A stretch of 64,000 bases of DNA from Octopus vulgaris. Lineage: Eukaryota. Below, piece by piece: positions 1 through 12,110 of this stretch; within the stretch, counting starts at the first letter, position 1; each line of letters starts with the position of its first letter. Location: NCBI GenBank assembly GCA_951406725.2, contig OX597823.1, forward strand, positions 37,324,001-37,388,000. Direction: 5' to 3'. A model generated the notes under the pieces. The model was given only the letters and a program-made list of their open reading frames with translations, searched no databases and was not told where the DNA came from. A program made the position numbers and the translations under genes.

Positions 1-106
1 GTACCAGATGTAGGAGCAGTATTGCAAAAAGTTAGTAACTAAACAGAACCGAAGTATTTTCTAGATTTTAGTGATAATTCTGGCTTTTGGAAAAACTATA
101 CTTCCT

Positions 107-180
107 ATTAACATCCTTTTATTTAAGATCCTGTTCTATTAACATCCTTTTGTAACAAGATCTTGCTATTAACATCCTTT
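107..180. repeat. Short tandem repeat, about 3 copies of a ~30-bp unit
   Basis: 'ctattaacatccttt' recurs three times at ~30-bp spacing. Confidence 0.7.
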
Positions 181-619
181 CATATCCCTCTTCTAACTAT
201 GTCGATTCTCTTCAGCCACATTCAATAATACATGATTCATACTTCTGTTTTTTGTTACGAAACCTGTGTTTACCTATGGAGCTGGCTTCTATTAAATTTT
301 ACTTTTACTTTTTTTATAAGTTTTAGATTTTGTCATTTCTCTGGTAAATTCTCTGCTATCTAGAACAGTTTTACAGCTACACCTATTTAACTAAATTTGG
401 TAATACCTTTGAAAAGGAATAAATGCCACAATTTCAATTTTTCCATATCTTTCATTTACTGGAGATAACCAAGCCTCAGTATACTTCTCAACACTTTCCA
501 GAAAGTGCAACCTCAGTATATGGTTATAAATTTTATTCCCGACTGAATTTTACCCATGTAAAAAATATATACGTGGAAATATAAATATAAATATAAATAT
601 TAATATAAATCTGTTTCGC

Positions 620-1170
620 CTCATGCTTGTCAGTTTTGATGTTGTAATGTTGGAATATTGTCCAGTGGATATAACTACTTACTTTATCGTGTCTGTATAC
701 ATATTCAGACATGGCAAGGACTGGGCAGCCCGAGATAATTTGGTCAATTGTTTCATTGTGCTGGTTGAACATTCTGTATTTGGTGTTGAGGCCCGTTTTC
801 ATTATTTTGTTTTTATAATTGCTTGTAGTCTGGCATTGGTCTTGTGCAGCGAGAATCAGTCCTTCCGTTTCGGATTTTAATCCAGAGCTTTTGAGCCATC
901 TTTGGTTTTTACTCTCTATGAAGCCTCGCAGAGTACTGGCCATGAAGTGATTTTTCTCTCCATTTCTTCTTCAGTATCTTTTGTAATTCACTTTTGATGT
1001 TGTTGATTTTTTGTTTTTTTTTTGTTTTTCTGATCATTCCTGCTATGTTGTCAACTGAAGTCAACATTTCAGTGTAGTTTGCTTCTGTTTTGTATTTTGT
1101 CGCCTCCTTGTCTATATAGAAAAGCGTTTTCTTTTTCGCATGTTGCTTTACTACATACAATAGTCTTCCC
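620..1170 (-). mobile_element. R4/Dong-like REL non-LTR retrotransposon fragment (post-RT region and degenerate zinc knuckle)
   Basis: ORFs 909-1160 and 533-943 read KWREKSLHGQY...WLKSSGLKSETEGLILAAQDQ...ETIDQIISGCPVLA.SEY..RHDKV, typical of the R4/Dong C-terminal region. Frameshifted. Confidence 0.8.
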
Positions 1171-1189
1171 TATAATTATTATTATTGTT

Positions 1190-1209
1190 GTTGTTGTTGT
1201 TGCTGCTGC

Positions 1210-1253
<44 letters not shown>

Positions 1254-2620
1254 TTATTGTTGTTGTTATTATCATTATATGTTTGACTTTTGCTTTGTAC
1301 TTGTACAAGTTGATTCAAGAGACAAGTTAGAAGTTCGAGTTGGTGTTATGCCTTGTGTATCATATATTTGGTTTTACACAAAGTATTGTTCTAGAGAATG
1401 TTTAAGAAAACAAGAAATTACGAGTTTGTTTTAAAAGTTGAGATTACATAGTACGTTATGTAGTATATGGGCAGTTCCCATGAGCACTATCTTATGAAAG
1501 TCTGCCATTTTGGGGGTTCCTCGTATCTGAGCTAGGGAGGAATCAGCACCTTTTGCTATCATTCCTATGGCACCTATGACAACAGATATTTCTTTAGTTT
1601 TGAGGTTCCACATTTTGACAATGTCTATTTCAAGATCTTTATACTTGCTCAAATATTGGTAGGTCGTGACAGATACATTTATGCCGATTGGTTCAGTCAT
1701 ATAAATGAGGAGGCATGATTTTTGTCTGAAGACCTTCAATATAATGTCTGGCCTATTTACATCTACCTTTCTCTCAGTTTGAACGGTGAAGGTCCAGAGG
1801 AGTGAGATGTGATCATTTTCAAGCATTGGAGGTGGTTTATGTTCCCATCAGTTTTTATCATGGGACAATTCCAAGATTTTGCAAATTATCCAATGAATAT
1901 ATTGTGCTGCTTGTTGAGACTGCACATGGAGACAACATGATCAATGGCTTCCTTTTGTTGTTTACATTCACATGTTGGGCTACTGCTGTTCTTTAATATG
2001 TTGGCCTGGCAAGTTTCTTGTAGGTAGGCATTGAGCTTGGGCTGTTATGATAAACCCTTTTGTTTCTGATTTTAAGCCAGAAGACACTAACCATTGATGA
2101 GTAAGGGCTTTGTCAACATCGGCGCTATTAGCTCTCTTCGGGTATTTGCCATCGAGACGTTTTTCTTGCCATTTATCATTAAGAATATCTAAGGCAGCAG
2201 TTTTAGCAAGGGTTTTCATACGCTTAGCTTTTTCTGTGCTTGTTTCCAGTACGTCTAATTCTGGGATTTGTCGTATTTGGAATTCACTTCGATATTAGAT
2301 ATTCCTCTGCCTGTTTTGTTACTGAGTATGATGTTTTCTTGTTTTCGTGCTTTGAGACAAGTTTTAACATCCAGTCATCAGAGTTTTTCAGGTAGGTGTC
2401 TAGGCCAATTGTGGCAATCTACATTGTCAATTCCAGTTGTAAAAGTCCACCCTCTCTTGGTAGGTAAAGTCGTTCTATATCTGCCTTAGGGTAGTGCAGT
2501 CTATGCATTGTCAACAATTTTCATATTTTCTGTCAAGATTACATATTTTTGTTATTGACCAGTTAATTATATTGAAACAGTAAGTCACGACTGGTATGGC
2601 TAAAGTATTGATCGCTTGAA
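1190..2620 (-). mobile_element. R4/Dong-like non-LTR retrotransposon, 5'-truncated, with REL endonuclease, 3' UTR and (ACA/TAA)n tail
   Basis: ORF 1980-2219 (HQWLVSSGLKSETKGFII) and ORF 1431-1826 (NRPDIIL...SKYKDLEIDIVKMWNLKTKEISVVIGAIG...KIVLMGTAHIL) carry the REL motif set. The 3' UTR runs into the (GTT)n/(ATT)n tract. Confidence 0.85.
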
Positions 2621-2809
2621 GATATTTGGCCTTATAGCCCCTGTTGAGATATAAACTACTATTCACGTCCAGGACCACCCCGCTACCATCCGAGTCCAGG
2701 AAGATAGCTTGTACTTTGTACTTGGAGATCTAAGAATTTCTGGAGTAGCACTGCTATACAGCTACCTGCTCCCGATAAGGAATCAGGAAACATTTCAAAG
2801 TTGGAAAAT

Positions 2810-3452
2810 ATTATTGCTAGCGAATGTGATTATGTTTTGAATGAATAAACATATTTACGGTATGTTTTATGCAGATCTGAACTCATTACGTGAAATGGGA
2901 CATTAATTTGGGGTACCCCTAATATGTGCATATGTATGGTTTTCTTTGAGTTTTACTTAAGTTCTTGAAATAGTTCAAGCCGGTTGCTAACAAAGCGACA
3001 AGACTTTTGAGTTAAGAGAGCTCCCGGTGTTTGTAAATATGTGGTTTAGTTGGTGTGTTGGTTGAACTGTCGATGGATATACGCAAGTGTATGCATCTAT
3101 TCACATAAGAATCTCTGATGGAGAACTTTGGGTATGTGTTGGAAATTTTCACTATGCCATGAATAGATTGGATTTGGAGAATCTATGTAAATTTCTTTCG
3201 CTCTTTCTCCGTGAAACCGAGTATCTCTAGGTTTTTGTGCAATTTTTTTGGTACATAACTTAATGCACCTATGACGATAGGTACAAATGAGAATCCATGG
3301 TCCGAGTACAAGAGGTGTACGTTCGACATTAATTCGCCATAACTGGTCCCTTTTTTGGTGGACTTTTGATGGTACATTCACATCCGCTGATCAGCTGACC
3401 TCTACAGCAGTGCATTACTTTTGTTCCCTGCTCCACAGAAAAATATTAGGTC
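2810..3452 (-). mobile_element. REL-endonuclease LINE 3' fragment (CATA-associated family)
   Basis: Reads CTAVEVS.SADVNV...SYGELMSNVHLLYSDHGFSFVPIVIGALSYVPKKLHKNLEILGF, homologous to 38932-39222. Confidence 0.75.
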
Positions 3453-3519
3453 TGTTATGTATACATGCATGTATGTATGTATTCATGTACGCATGCATGT
3501 ACCTATGTACGTATGTATT

Positions 3520-3570
<51 letters not shown>

Positions 3571-3616
3571 AAACAAGTAAAAAATAGAAAATGCTAAAAT
3601 AATTTTATAGTGAACA

Positions 3617-3660
3617 TTTCAGTACCGGTTTCGGTCATTTTGAGACCTTTTCAACTGTAA
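3617..3660 (-). ncRNA. Minimal type I hammerhead-like ribozyme (variant core), left-arm copy
   Basis: Exact reverse complement of 7425-7468. Confidence 0.6.
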
Positions 3661-3989
3661 CGATTAAATAATTAAATTTAGAAAAATTAGAAGAAAAGTT
3701 TTTTTAAAAGAATATTTCTATAGTAGTGTTCAGATTTAAGTGGCATTCTGCCTTTCTCTGACTCCCTTGTTTGCACTTGTGTGTTCGAGGTAGTTGTGAG
3801 TTCTTGGTAGGGTAGTAGAGGGAAGGCTGGTGAGGAAAGGGGGTGGGAGAATCTGGGAGTGCCCTGATGGTCGTATTTTGAATGGTCAGTGGCGGCTGGC
3901 AGTCTCAGTTCAATTCAGGATTGTTTATAGAATTAGCGTAGGTGTTATACTAAAAAACATTAGTGACAAACTTAAGGGGTAGGGGGTGG

Positions 3990-4262
3990 AGAAGAAGAAG
4001 AAGAAGAAGAAGAAGAAGAAGAAGAAGAAGAAGGAGAAGGAGAAGATGATGGTGATGGTGGTGATGATTATGACGACGATGATGATGATAACGATGATGA
4101 TGAAGAAGAAGAAGAAGAAGAAGAAGAAGAAGAAGAAGAAGAAGAAGAAGAAGAAGAAGAAGAAGAAGAAGGAGGAGAAGGAGAAGATGGTGGTGATGAT
4201 GGTGGTGATGATGATGACGCCGATGATGATGATAACGATGATGATGAAGAAGAAGAAGAAGA
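3990..4262. repeat. Compound (GAA)n/(GAT)n/(GGT)n microsatellite inside the PLE 3' region, mirrored at 6815-7092
   Basis: Directly visible. The unit is internally duplicated and the (GAA)n length differs slightly between arms. Confidence 0.9.
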
Positions 4263-5545
4263 AAAAACAGAGAAGGGAGAATATGAATGGGTGTAAATAT
4301 AGCTATGAAGGGGCTGATTAGTAATGGATTCTATGGAGTGTAGTATTTGTGTGTGTATATATATATTTTTCTTTTATTCTAAAGTTGAGGTATATTAATT
4401 GTTTGTCGTAGACCCGTTAAGAAGTGGCTTGTATTTTGTAATAAAGAGATTTTCTTTACTTATTCTTTGTCTCGAGGTTGTATCGTCCCTAAATTGGTAG
4501 AGGGGGAAAATTCTGAAGTTTGTGTTTTTTTGTTGGCGCAAGTATCTATGTGTTGGCTAAAAGCTATTTTTCTGTTTTGGGGAATTTTTATCTGGGATCT
4601 GTGCAGGGCCATTCGTTTACGCAAACCATTTTTTGTTTGGCCTATGTACTGCTCTTGACACCCGGAGCAGGTTAGTGAGTATATTAGGTTCTCCGAAGCA
4701 CATGTGAAGTTGCTTTTCACTGTAAACCGTTGTCCCTGTTTGAAGGAGAACTCAGAACCCTCGATTAGATAGTCGCATATCCCGCAATTGGGTCTTCCAC
4801 ATTTTTTTACTGTCGGCTTCTGTGTTGAAGAGTGAATTCGGGCTTGTGTAAGGAGACTTTTCATGGATCTAGGCTGTCTTTTGCTTTTTATGATCGTGTA
4901 TGTTTGGAGGATTGTGTTCATTCTGTGGTCTTTTTTTAGGAGGGGTATGTTGTGGAGGATGGTGTCGAAGGCTTCGTTATTGAGAGGGTTGTGTGTGGAG
5001 ATGTATGGTAAGGCTTTTGGTTGTAAGTTTTTCTTTGATTTGGGATGTCTCAGTTCCTTGATGTTAAGTTGAAGGGCACGTTGAATGCACTTGTCAATAA
5101 GTGAAGGTGGATAGTTCCTGGTGATTAGGGTATCTTTTAGTTCTTGTAGTCGTGTGTCTCTGGTGTTTGCGTTAGAGACTATAGTGCATATCCTTTTTGC
5201 TAGATTGAAGGGGATATTCATCCTGGTGTGTCTGGGGTGGCATGAATTGAATGGAAGATATTGCTTAGAGTCTGTAGGCTTATAGTATATGTCTGTTTCT
5301 ATTATATTATTAGCTTTCTTAATGAGGATATCGAGGAAGGGGAGTTGTTGTTGGCTATATTCCATCGTGAATTGGATGTTTACGTCCAGTCCGTTTAAAA
5401 TTTTCTGGAATTCTATGAGTTTTTCTATATTTTTATGCCAAAGGATGAAACAGTCATCTAGATATCTCTTCCAGTTGTTTTCTATGTAGATGGAGAAAGG
5501 GCTGCCATATCTTTCTAGAACCTTACGATACAGACTGATCTCTAG

Positions 5546-7518
5546 GTATCGTAAGGTTCTAGAAAGATATGGCAGCCCTTTCTCCATCTACATAGAAAAC
5601 AACTGGAAGAGATATCTAGATGACTGTTTCATCCTTTGGCATAAAAATATAGAAAAACTCATAGAATTCCAGAAAATTTTAAACGGACTGGACGTAAACA
5701 TCCAATTCACGATGGAATATAGCCAACAACAACTCCCCTTCCTCGATATCCTCATTAAGAAAGCTAATAATATAATAGAAACAGACATATACTATAAGCC
5801 TACAGACTCTAAGCAATATCTTCCATTCAATTCATGCCACCCCAGACACACCAGGATGAATATCCCCTTCAATCTAGCAAAAAGGATATGCACTATAGTC
5901 TCTAACGCAAACACCAGAGACACACGACTACAAGAACTAAAAGATACCCTAATCACCAGGAACTATCCACCTTCACTTATTGACAAGTGCATTCAACGTG
6001 CCCTTCAACTTAACATCAAGGAACTGAGACATCCCAAATCAAAGAAAACTTACAACCAAAAGCCTTACCATACATCTCCACACACAACCCTCTCAATAAC
6101 GAAGCCTTCGACACCATCCTCCACAACATACCCCTCTAAAAAAAGACCACAGAATGAACACAATCCTCCAAACATACACGATCATAAAAAGCAAAAGACA
6201 GCCTAGATCCATGAAAAGTCTCCTTACACAAGCCCGAATTCACTCTTCAACACAGAAGCCGACAGTAAAAAAATGTGGAAGACCCAATTGCAGGATATGC
6301 GACTATCTAATCGAGGGTTCTGAGTTCTCCTTCAAACAGGGACAACGGTTTACAGTGAAAAGCAACTTCACATGTGCTTCGGAGAACCTAATATACTCAC
6401 TAACCTGCTCCGGGTGTCAAGAGCAGTACATAGGCCAAACAAAAAATGGTTTGCGTAAACGAATGGCCCTGCACAGATCCCAGATAAAAATTCCCCAAAA
6501 CAGAAAAATAGCTTTTAGCCAACACATAGATACTTGCGCCAACAAAAAAACACCAAACTTCAGAATTTTCCCCCTCTACCAATTTAGGGACGATACAACC
6601 TCGAGACAAAGAATAAGTAAAGAAAATCTCTTTATTACAAAATACAAGCCACTTCTTAACGGGTCTACGACAAACAATTAATATACCTCAACTTTAGAAT
6701 AAAAGAAAAATATATATATACACACACAAATACTACACTCCATAGAATCCATTACTAATCAGCCCCTTCATAGCTATATTTACACCCATTCATATTCTCC
6801 CTTCTCTGTTTTTTCTTCTTCTTCTTCTTCATCATCATCGTTATCATCATCATCGGCGTCATCATCATCACCACCATCATCACCACCATCTTCTCCTTCT
6901 CCTCCTTCTTCTTCTTCTTCTTCTTCTTCTTCTTCTTCTTCTTCTTCTTCTTCTTCTTCTTCTTCTTCTTCTTCTTCTTCTTCATCATCATCGTTATCAT
7001 CATCATCGTCGTCATAATCATCACCACCATCACCATCATCTTCTCCTTCTCCTTCTTCTTCTTCTTCTTCTTCTTCTTCTTCTTCTTCTTCTTTCTCCAC
7101 CCCTACCCCTTAAGTTTGTCACTAATGTTTTTTAGTATAACACCTACGCTAATTCTATAAACAATCCTGAATTGAACTGAGACTGCCAGCCGCCACTGAC
7201 CATTCAAAATACGACCATCAGGGCACTCCCAGATTCTCCCACCCCCTTTCCTCACCAGCCTTCCCTCTACTACCCTACCAAGAACTCACAACTACCTCGA
7301 ACACACAAGTGCAAACAAGGGAGTCAGAGAAAGGCAGAATGCCACTTAAATCTGAACACTACTATAGAAATATTCTTTTAAAAAAACTTTTCTTCTAATT
7401 TTTCTAAATTTAATTATTTAATCGTTACAGTTGAAAAGGTCTCAAAATGACCGAAACCGGTACTGAAATGTTCACTATAAAATTATTTTAGCATTTTCTA
7501 TTTTTTACTTGTTTTTTC
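5546..7518 (+). mobile_element. Penelope-like element, inverted near-identical copy; right arm of palindrome
   Basis: ORFs 5490-6206 and 6154-6681 encode the same RT/EN peptide ending ENLFITKYKPLLN. The sequence is the reverse complement of 3567-5531. Confidence 0.95.
7425..7468 (+). ncRNA. Minimal type I hammerhead-like ribozyme (variant core) in PLE 3' repeat
   Basis: cag-UUGAAAA-GGUC(ucaaaau)GACC-GAAA-CCGG-UA-cug: stem I cag/ctg, 4-bp stem II, palindromic ACCGGU stem III, GUA site. Core differs from CUGANGA at positions 3 and 8. Confidence 0.6.
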
Positions 7519-7552
7519 ATATATATCAACTCGTGTGTTCCTTTTCACCCTT

Positions 7553-7583
<31 letters not shown>

Positions 7584-8131
7584 CTGTATATATATATATA
7601 TATATACATAAATGTATGTGTGCATGTAGGCATGTATGTATGTATGTATGTATCTATGTATGTATGTATGTATGTATGTATGTATGTATGTATGTATGTA
7701 TGTATGTATGTATATACGTATGTCTATACACATATACGCAGGTTTACATGCTCACCACTAGCACACATGTATACACACTCACGTTCACACGCCGCTTGGT
7801 GATCTGAAGAATTTATCATCGTAATTTGACATTTTACTCAACGCCAAAGTTAAACTCGTTTTTTTTTTCATGTTGACTACAAGATATGCTATGTATATTT
7901 GAAAATTAACAGCCGCATATTTAACTATATATATGTATATTACTATAATGATTACAACTACGCACAGAATACTATATAGATTACATTTGCAGATTCTGCA
8001 GAAGACAACTATTTTACATCGACATAGAAACGGAAACATAAGATGAATACATACATGTGTATGTATAAATGTATACGTATATACACATGAATGTATACAT
8101 ATATGCATGAATATATACATGTGTTTATATA

Positions 8132-8200
<69 letters not shown>

Positions 8201-9454
8201 ATATCTATATATATATATATATGTATACACATGTATATCTATATGCATATATGTATTCCTATATACATATATATGTCTATGCATGCATGTGTGTGCATGC
8301 ACCCATATTCCCACACGCACGCACTTGTCATTCAACAAAAGTGTTAATTTTCAAAGAAATTTAACATGAGAAAAGCCATTTTCAAAACTCAAACTTAATA
8401 AGCAACATCCATCAACAATAGAGAGGAAAAGGGAGTGAGTGAGTGAGTGAGTGAGTGAGTGAGTGAGTGAGTCAGTGAGTAAGTGAGTGAGGGTGGGATG
8501 GAGAGAGAGGAGGACAGAGAGGCATGCATTCACTGATGTACAGTTATGGTGGTGCTATGTACAATACTGCAATTATAACAAATGTTTAATGTGAATGTGG
8601 CTATGATGATGATCATGATGACGAGGAGGAGGAGGATGTTGTTGTAGGTGGTGGTTGTAGTGGCGGTGGTAGTGGCGTTGGTGGTGGTGGTGATGGTGGT
8701 GATAGTGGTGCAGGCAATGGCAGCTGCGGCGGCACTGCAACATACAGCAGAAAAGTTGCCCAGTTTTGTGAGCCAGAGAGTTTAGTAGAGCTTCTAAGTA
8801 AAGTTGTGAACAAGAGGGGCAACACCGAAAATTTAAGGCCTACAAAATGAATTCACATCTCACCGGACAGGAGCTTCTTGTGGAAGGGACGTATTTTGCT
8901 AGTCAGGCCGCTCATCTGATGCCAACGCCCCGCGACAGGCTGAAAATGAGGAAGGCTTACCTGAGATTGTGACATCTACAGACGATGAGCAGGTGTGATT
9001 CTCGTTTTTCTAGCAAGTTTCTCCACCGTTCGCTCTTTGACAAAACTAGAATTCTGAGTCAAGGAAAAACAGAGATTAGGGTTTGGTATTAGAATGTTGT
9101 AAGGTGCTCACAGTTCGGTGCAAGCCGGACAGTGTGATCAATGTTATGTAAACTATTCTATATAGGGAAGTCCCTCTTTAATATGGGAATCATTCTCTAG
9201 AGTACGGAATCATCCCTTTGACTGGTAAGCATGAATGATGTCATTCTGGGACATACTCTAAACAGTGCACAAAATCCACAGAACATTGCAAGAGACATTC
9301 AGCCCAGGAAACTATGAATAACTTCCAAAAACTGTTGCTCGGACAGTACCATAGAGTTACCACAGTGGAACTACGGTGGCACTATAGTGATACTATCGTA
9401 GTAAAACAGTGATACCTCTGTCATCTGGCCGATTCACAAATTCAACACAAAAGG

Positions 9455-9885
9455 CGTATAGGCGGAGGTGTTAAAGTATCGAATATGCTCAACCATATTT
9501 GTTTCGATACTCTACACTCTGAGTTCAAATCCTACTTACGTCAGCTTTGATTTGCACTTTTCTGAAGGTTGATAATGGAAAATTCTGGGGTCGATGGCAT
9601 CGACTAACCACCGCCTCACAATATTACTTACGTTGTGACTAGATCAGAAACCCTTATTATTATCGTCATCAAAGACGGTGAGGAGGCAGAATCGTTAGCA
9701 TACCGGACAAAATGCTTATTGGCATTTATTCCAGCTGTATATTTTGAGTTCAAATTCCACCGAGGTCAACTTTGTCTTTCCACCTTTCAAGATTGATGAA
9801 ATAAGTAATGGTTGAGCATTTGAGTCGATAACATCGACTAATCCCTTCCCTCAAAATTACGAGCCTTGTGACTTAAACAGAAGCC
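9455..9885 (+). mobile_element. Two tandem copies of tRNA-derived SINE family B
   Basis: A-box-like ggcagaatcgttagc and B-box gagttcaaattcc/gagttcaaatcc, followed by 'gaggtcaactttg...tcgat..atcgacta'. Matches 35545-35873 and 61500-61760 in reverse. Confidence 0.75.
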
Positions 9886-10234
9886 ATCATTATCATCGTC
9901 ATCCCCATCATCATTATCATCATCATCATCATAATCACCACCTCCACCATTATTATCATCATTATTGTTCTTGTTATTCTACATTATCTTATTTCCATTC
10001 TTATTTATTATTATTGTTATTGCTATTGTTGCTGTTGTTTTTGTTGTTCTAGATGTATGCGTGACAAGCGAAATGTTTCGTTTGTTTTTGCTCTTAAGAT
10101 TTTTTTGTTTTTATTGTGGTAATTTTTCTTAGCTTTTTTGCGTTCTCTTATTTTCTCTTTTTTTTCTTGCTTCATAGTTTAGAAGTTCCATATTCTCTTT
10201 CTCCTTTCCCCCTCTCACTCTTTCTCTCTTCATA

Positions 10235-10279
<45 letters not shown>

Positions 10280-10307
10280 GTATGTATGTACGTACGTACG
10301 TATGTAC

Positions 10308-10338
<31 letters not shown>

Positions 10339-11009
10339 TGTATGTATGAATGTATGTATGTATGTATGTATGTATGTATGTATGTATGTATGTATGTATG
10401 TATGTAGATGCGCGCGGGCATCTCCTTAACCAGATTAACGAAACAATTTTGAGTGGCTTTACAAATGTTTACTGCTTGAGACGTCATGTCAAGGGTACAC
10501 AGATTTTCATAATTAACTAACTGCAAAGCAAGATACCAAAGCTTCTTCTCTCCACGTAAAGGCGGAATCACTTGGCAGGTAAAGTTACATGGGAAACTTG
10601 TTTCATTACGATGTTACATCTACAGTGATAATGTTTGCCAGCCTCACGGCTCCCATTTCATTGTTTCAAAGTGACAGCTTGTTGATTTTCACGTATTGTT
10701 AACCGCCCTTTCTCTACGTACCTTTTTGCAAATGAAGACAGCAACTAGTTTTATCGCCCTTGTGGCAATAAACGACATCATTATTATGGTTGCTGTTAGT
10801 TATTTGCGGCGGAAGTAGTACTAGCAGCGAATAGCAATCTTTGTATCCAACTTAACGTAGCTGTACTTTAAGAACGCGATAATACGACAGTACGTCTCTT
10901 ATGAAAGCAATTAGTGTAGATTTACTGTGTTGAAAGTCTCAGAAGTATCAGTAGCGGATGAAAGATGTCCAGGAATGACCATGAAACTGCTAGATCACGC
11001 ATTTTCAGC

Positions 11010-11560
11010 ATATGCTCGTTATCAGCAGCGGTATCCATCATCACCGTCAAAATTCGTCACTCCTGATATATAGAAAAGCAATAGCTAATCCGTCACTGGT
11101 GTCGAAAAGAACTGGCGAGTCGCCACACACTGTGGATCCATATTCTCAAGGAAACAATTTAAATGAACGTTTTTCCTTCTACTCCTACACCTCCTCTTAA
11201 TACTTTAAACCTTTTCTTATCCTTCAACTACTCTCACTCTTCATCTTTTACCTTCATCTCAATCGCGACTTTGCCTGCTTCTCCTCATTCCGTTACTCTT
11301 TCCTTCTTGCACTGTGTTTCTCCTACCACTTCTTGTTCACGTATGAAGCTCGTGTGGTTCTACGTCCCTTGTCTTTTGCAGCCAGTTTTTTTTTTTTCTT
11401 TTTTAAACTAAGATGATGTAAAAGTCTACTGTCGATCATTAACTTCTCTCCTTTCGACTTTTCTCCTGAAGAAAGTATGTGTCTGAAACGTTAGTTTCCA
11501 CTCCTCACAGCAAGATCACTCTACTCTTTTTATACAAGCCTTATCAGAGTCTGTTTCATC
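11010..11560 (+). mobile_element. Decayed PLE 3' end (EN C-terminus plus 3' repeat)
   Basis: ORF 11012-11200 ends GNNLNERFSFY, like the 'G.NERFSF' tail of PLE GIY-YIG domains. A CT-rich UTR and hammerhead-like motif follow. Confidence 0.5.
11463..11494 (+). ncRNA. Degenerate minimal hammerhead motif
   Basis: CUGAAGA-a-AG(uaugugu)CU-GAAACGUU. Stem I is decayed. Same layout as 49548-49586. Confidence 0.4.
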
Positions 11561-11590
11561 ACAGATACACATACATCCATGCATCCATGC

Positions 11591-11649
<59 letters not shown>

Positions 11650-12069
11650 TATATGTATGTATGTATGTATATGCATATATATGTGTATGTATATATATAT
11701 ATATGTATATATATATGTGTGTCTGTGTGTGTGCTGACATGCGCGCCCATAGACAGATGCGCACGCTCGCATCAATACACACATGCACGCAAAACTATAT
11801 GAGCGCGTCTGCACGCCCATTTATAGAGCTATATACTTGCACATGCCACCCCTTCCTGTTTCTCCCCCAACAACCTGACCGATTTCCTCTCCGCCACGTG
11901 GTCTATTTCCTGTCTTCCACGTGGTCAATTTCCTGTTCACCATGCGGTATTTTCCAACTAACTGTTACCCATATACCAGCATCAAGCCACGACACCGCGT
12001 GACCGTCCCCGACCAATTGAAGCCCACCTTATGTTAATAACTATCAACTTCTGTCATTCAAATTTAAAA

Positions 12070-12110
12070 TGGCTGACGACTAGCATCACGCTTGAAACTC
12101 AAGAGTACCA
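12070..12110 (+). ncRNA. Type I hammerhead ribozyme
   Basis: ugg-CUGACGA-cu-AGC(aucac)GCU-u-GAAA-CUC(aa)GAG-UA-cca: both conserved core boxes intact, stem I tgg/cca, GUA site. Confidence 0.7.

Larger units (their letters stand above)
3567..5545 (-). mobile_element. Penelope-like element, 5'-truncated (RT C-half plus GIY-YIG plus 3' repeat); left arm of 4-kb palindrome
   Basis: ORF 4460-5587: WKRYLDDCF (RT catalytic), LPFLDI, YYKPTDSKQYLPFNSCHP (PLE thumb), CGRPNCGIC linker, NLIYSLTCSGCQEQYIGQT (GIY-YIG). Ends at (TA)n. Confidence 0.95.

Noticed and set aside
107-180. CRISPR-like repeat-spacer pattern
   Set aside because: Eukaryotic context, only three units, spacers similar to each other, no cas genes: a minisatellite.
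605-640. Hammerhead-like CUGACAA-GC..GC-GAAACAGAUU on the minus strand
   Set aside because: The first box lies in the R4-like coding sequence (IKTDKH) at a junction, and stems I and III do not pair.
3986-4321. Poly-K/M and poly-E/D ORFs (also 6755-7100)
   Set aside because: Translations of the (GAA)/(GAT) microsatellite in the PLE 3' region, with no evidence of coding function.
5490-5545. MEKGLPYLSRTLR as an N-terminus of the PLE protein on both strands
   Set aside because: It is antisense read-through of the opposite arm created by the fold-back, not native sequence.
5532-5545. Palindrome loop as a sequencing hairpin adapter remnant
   Set aside because: The loop reads in frame as plausible native RT sequence (YLEISLY) and shares only 'atctct' with the SMRTbell adapter as I recall it.
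7509-8369. Many YI/CMYV/HTYI-repeat ORFs here and throughout the window
   Set aside because: Stop-free frames of (TA)n, (TG)n and (CATA)n tracts.
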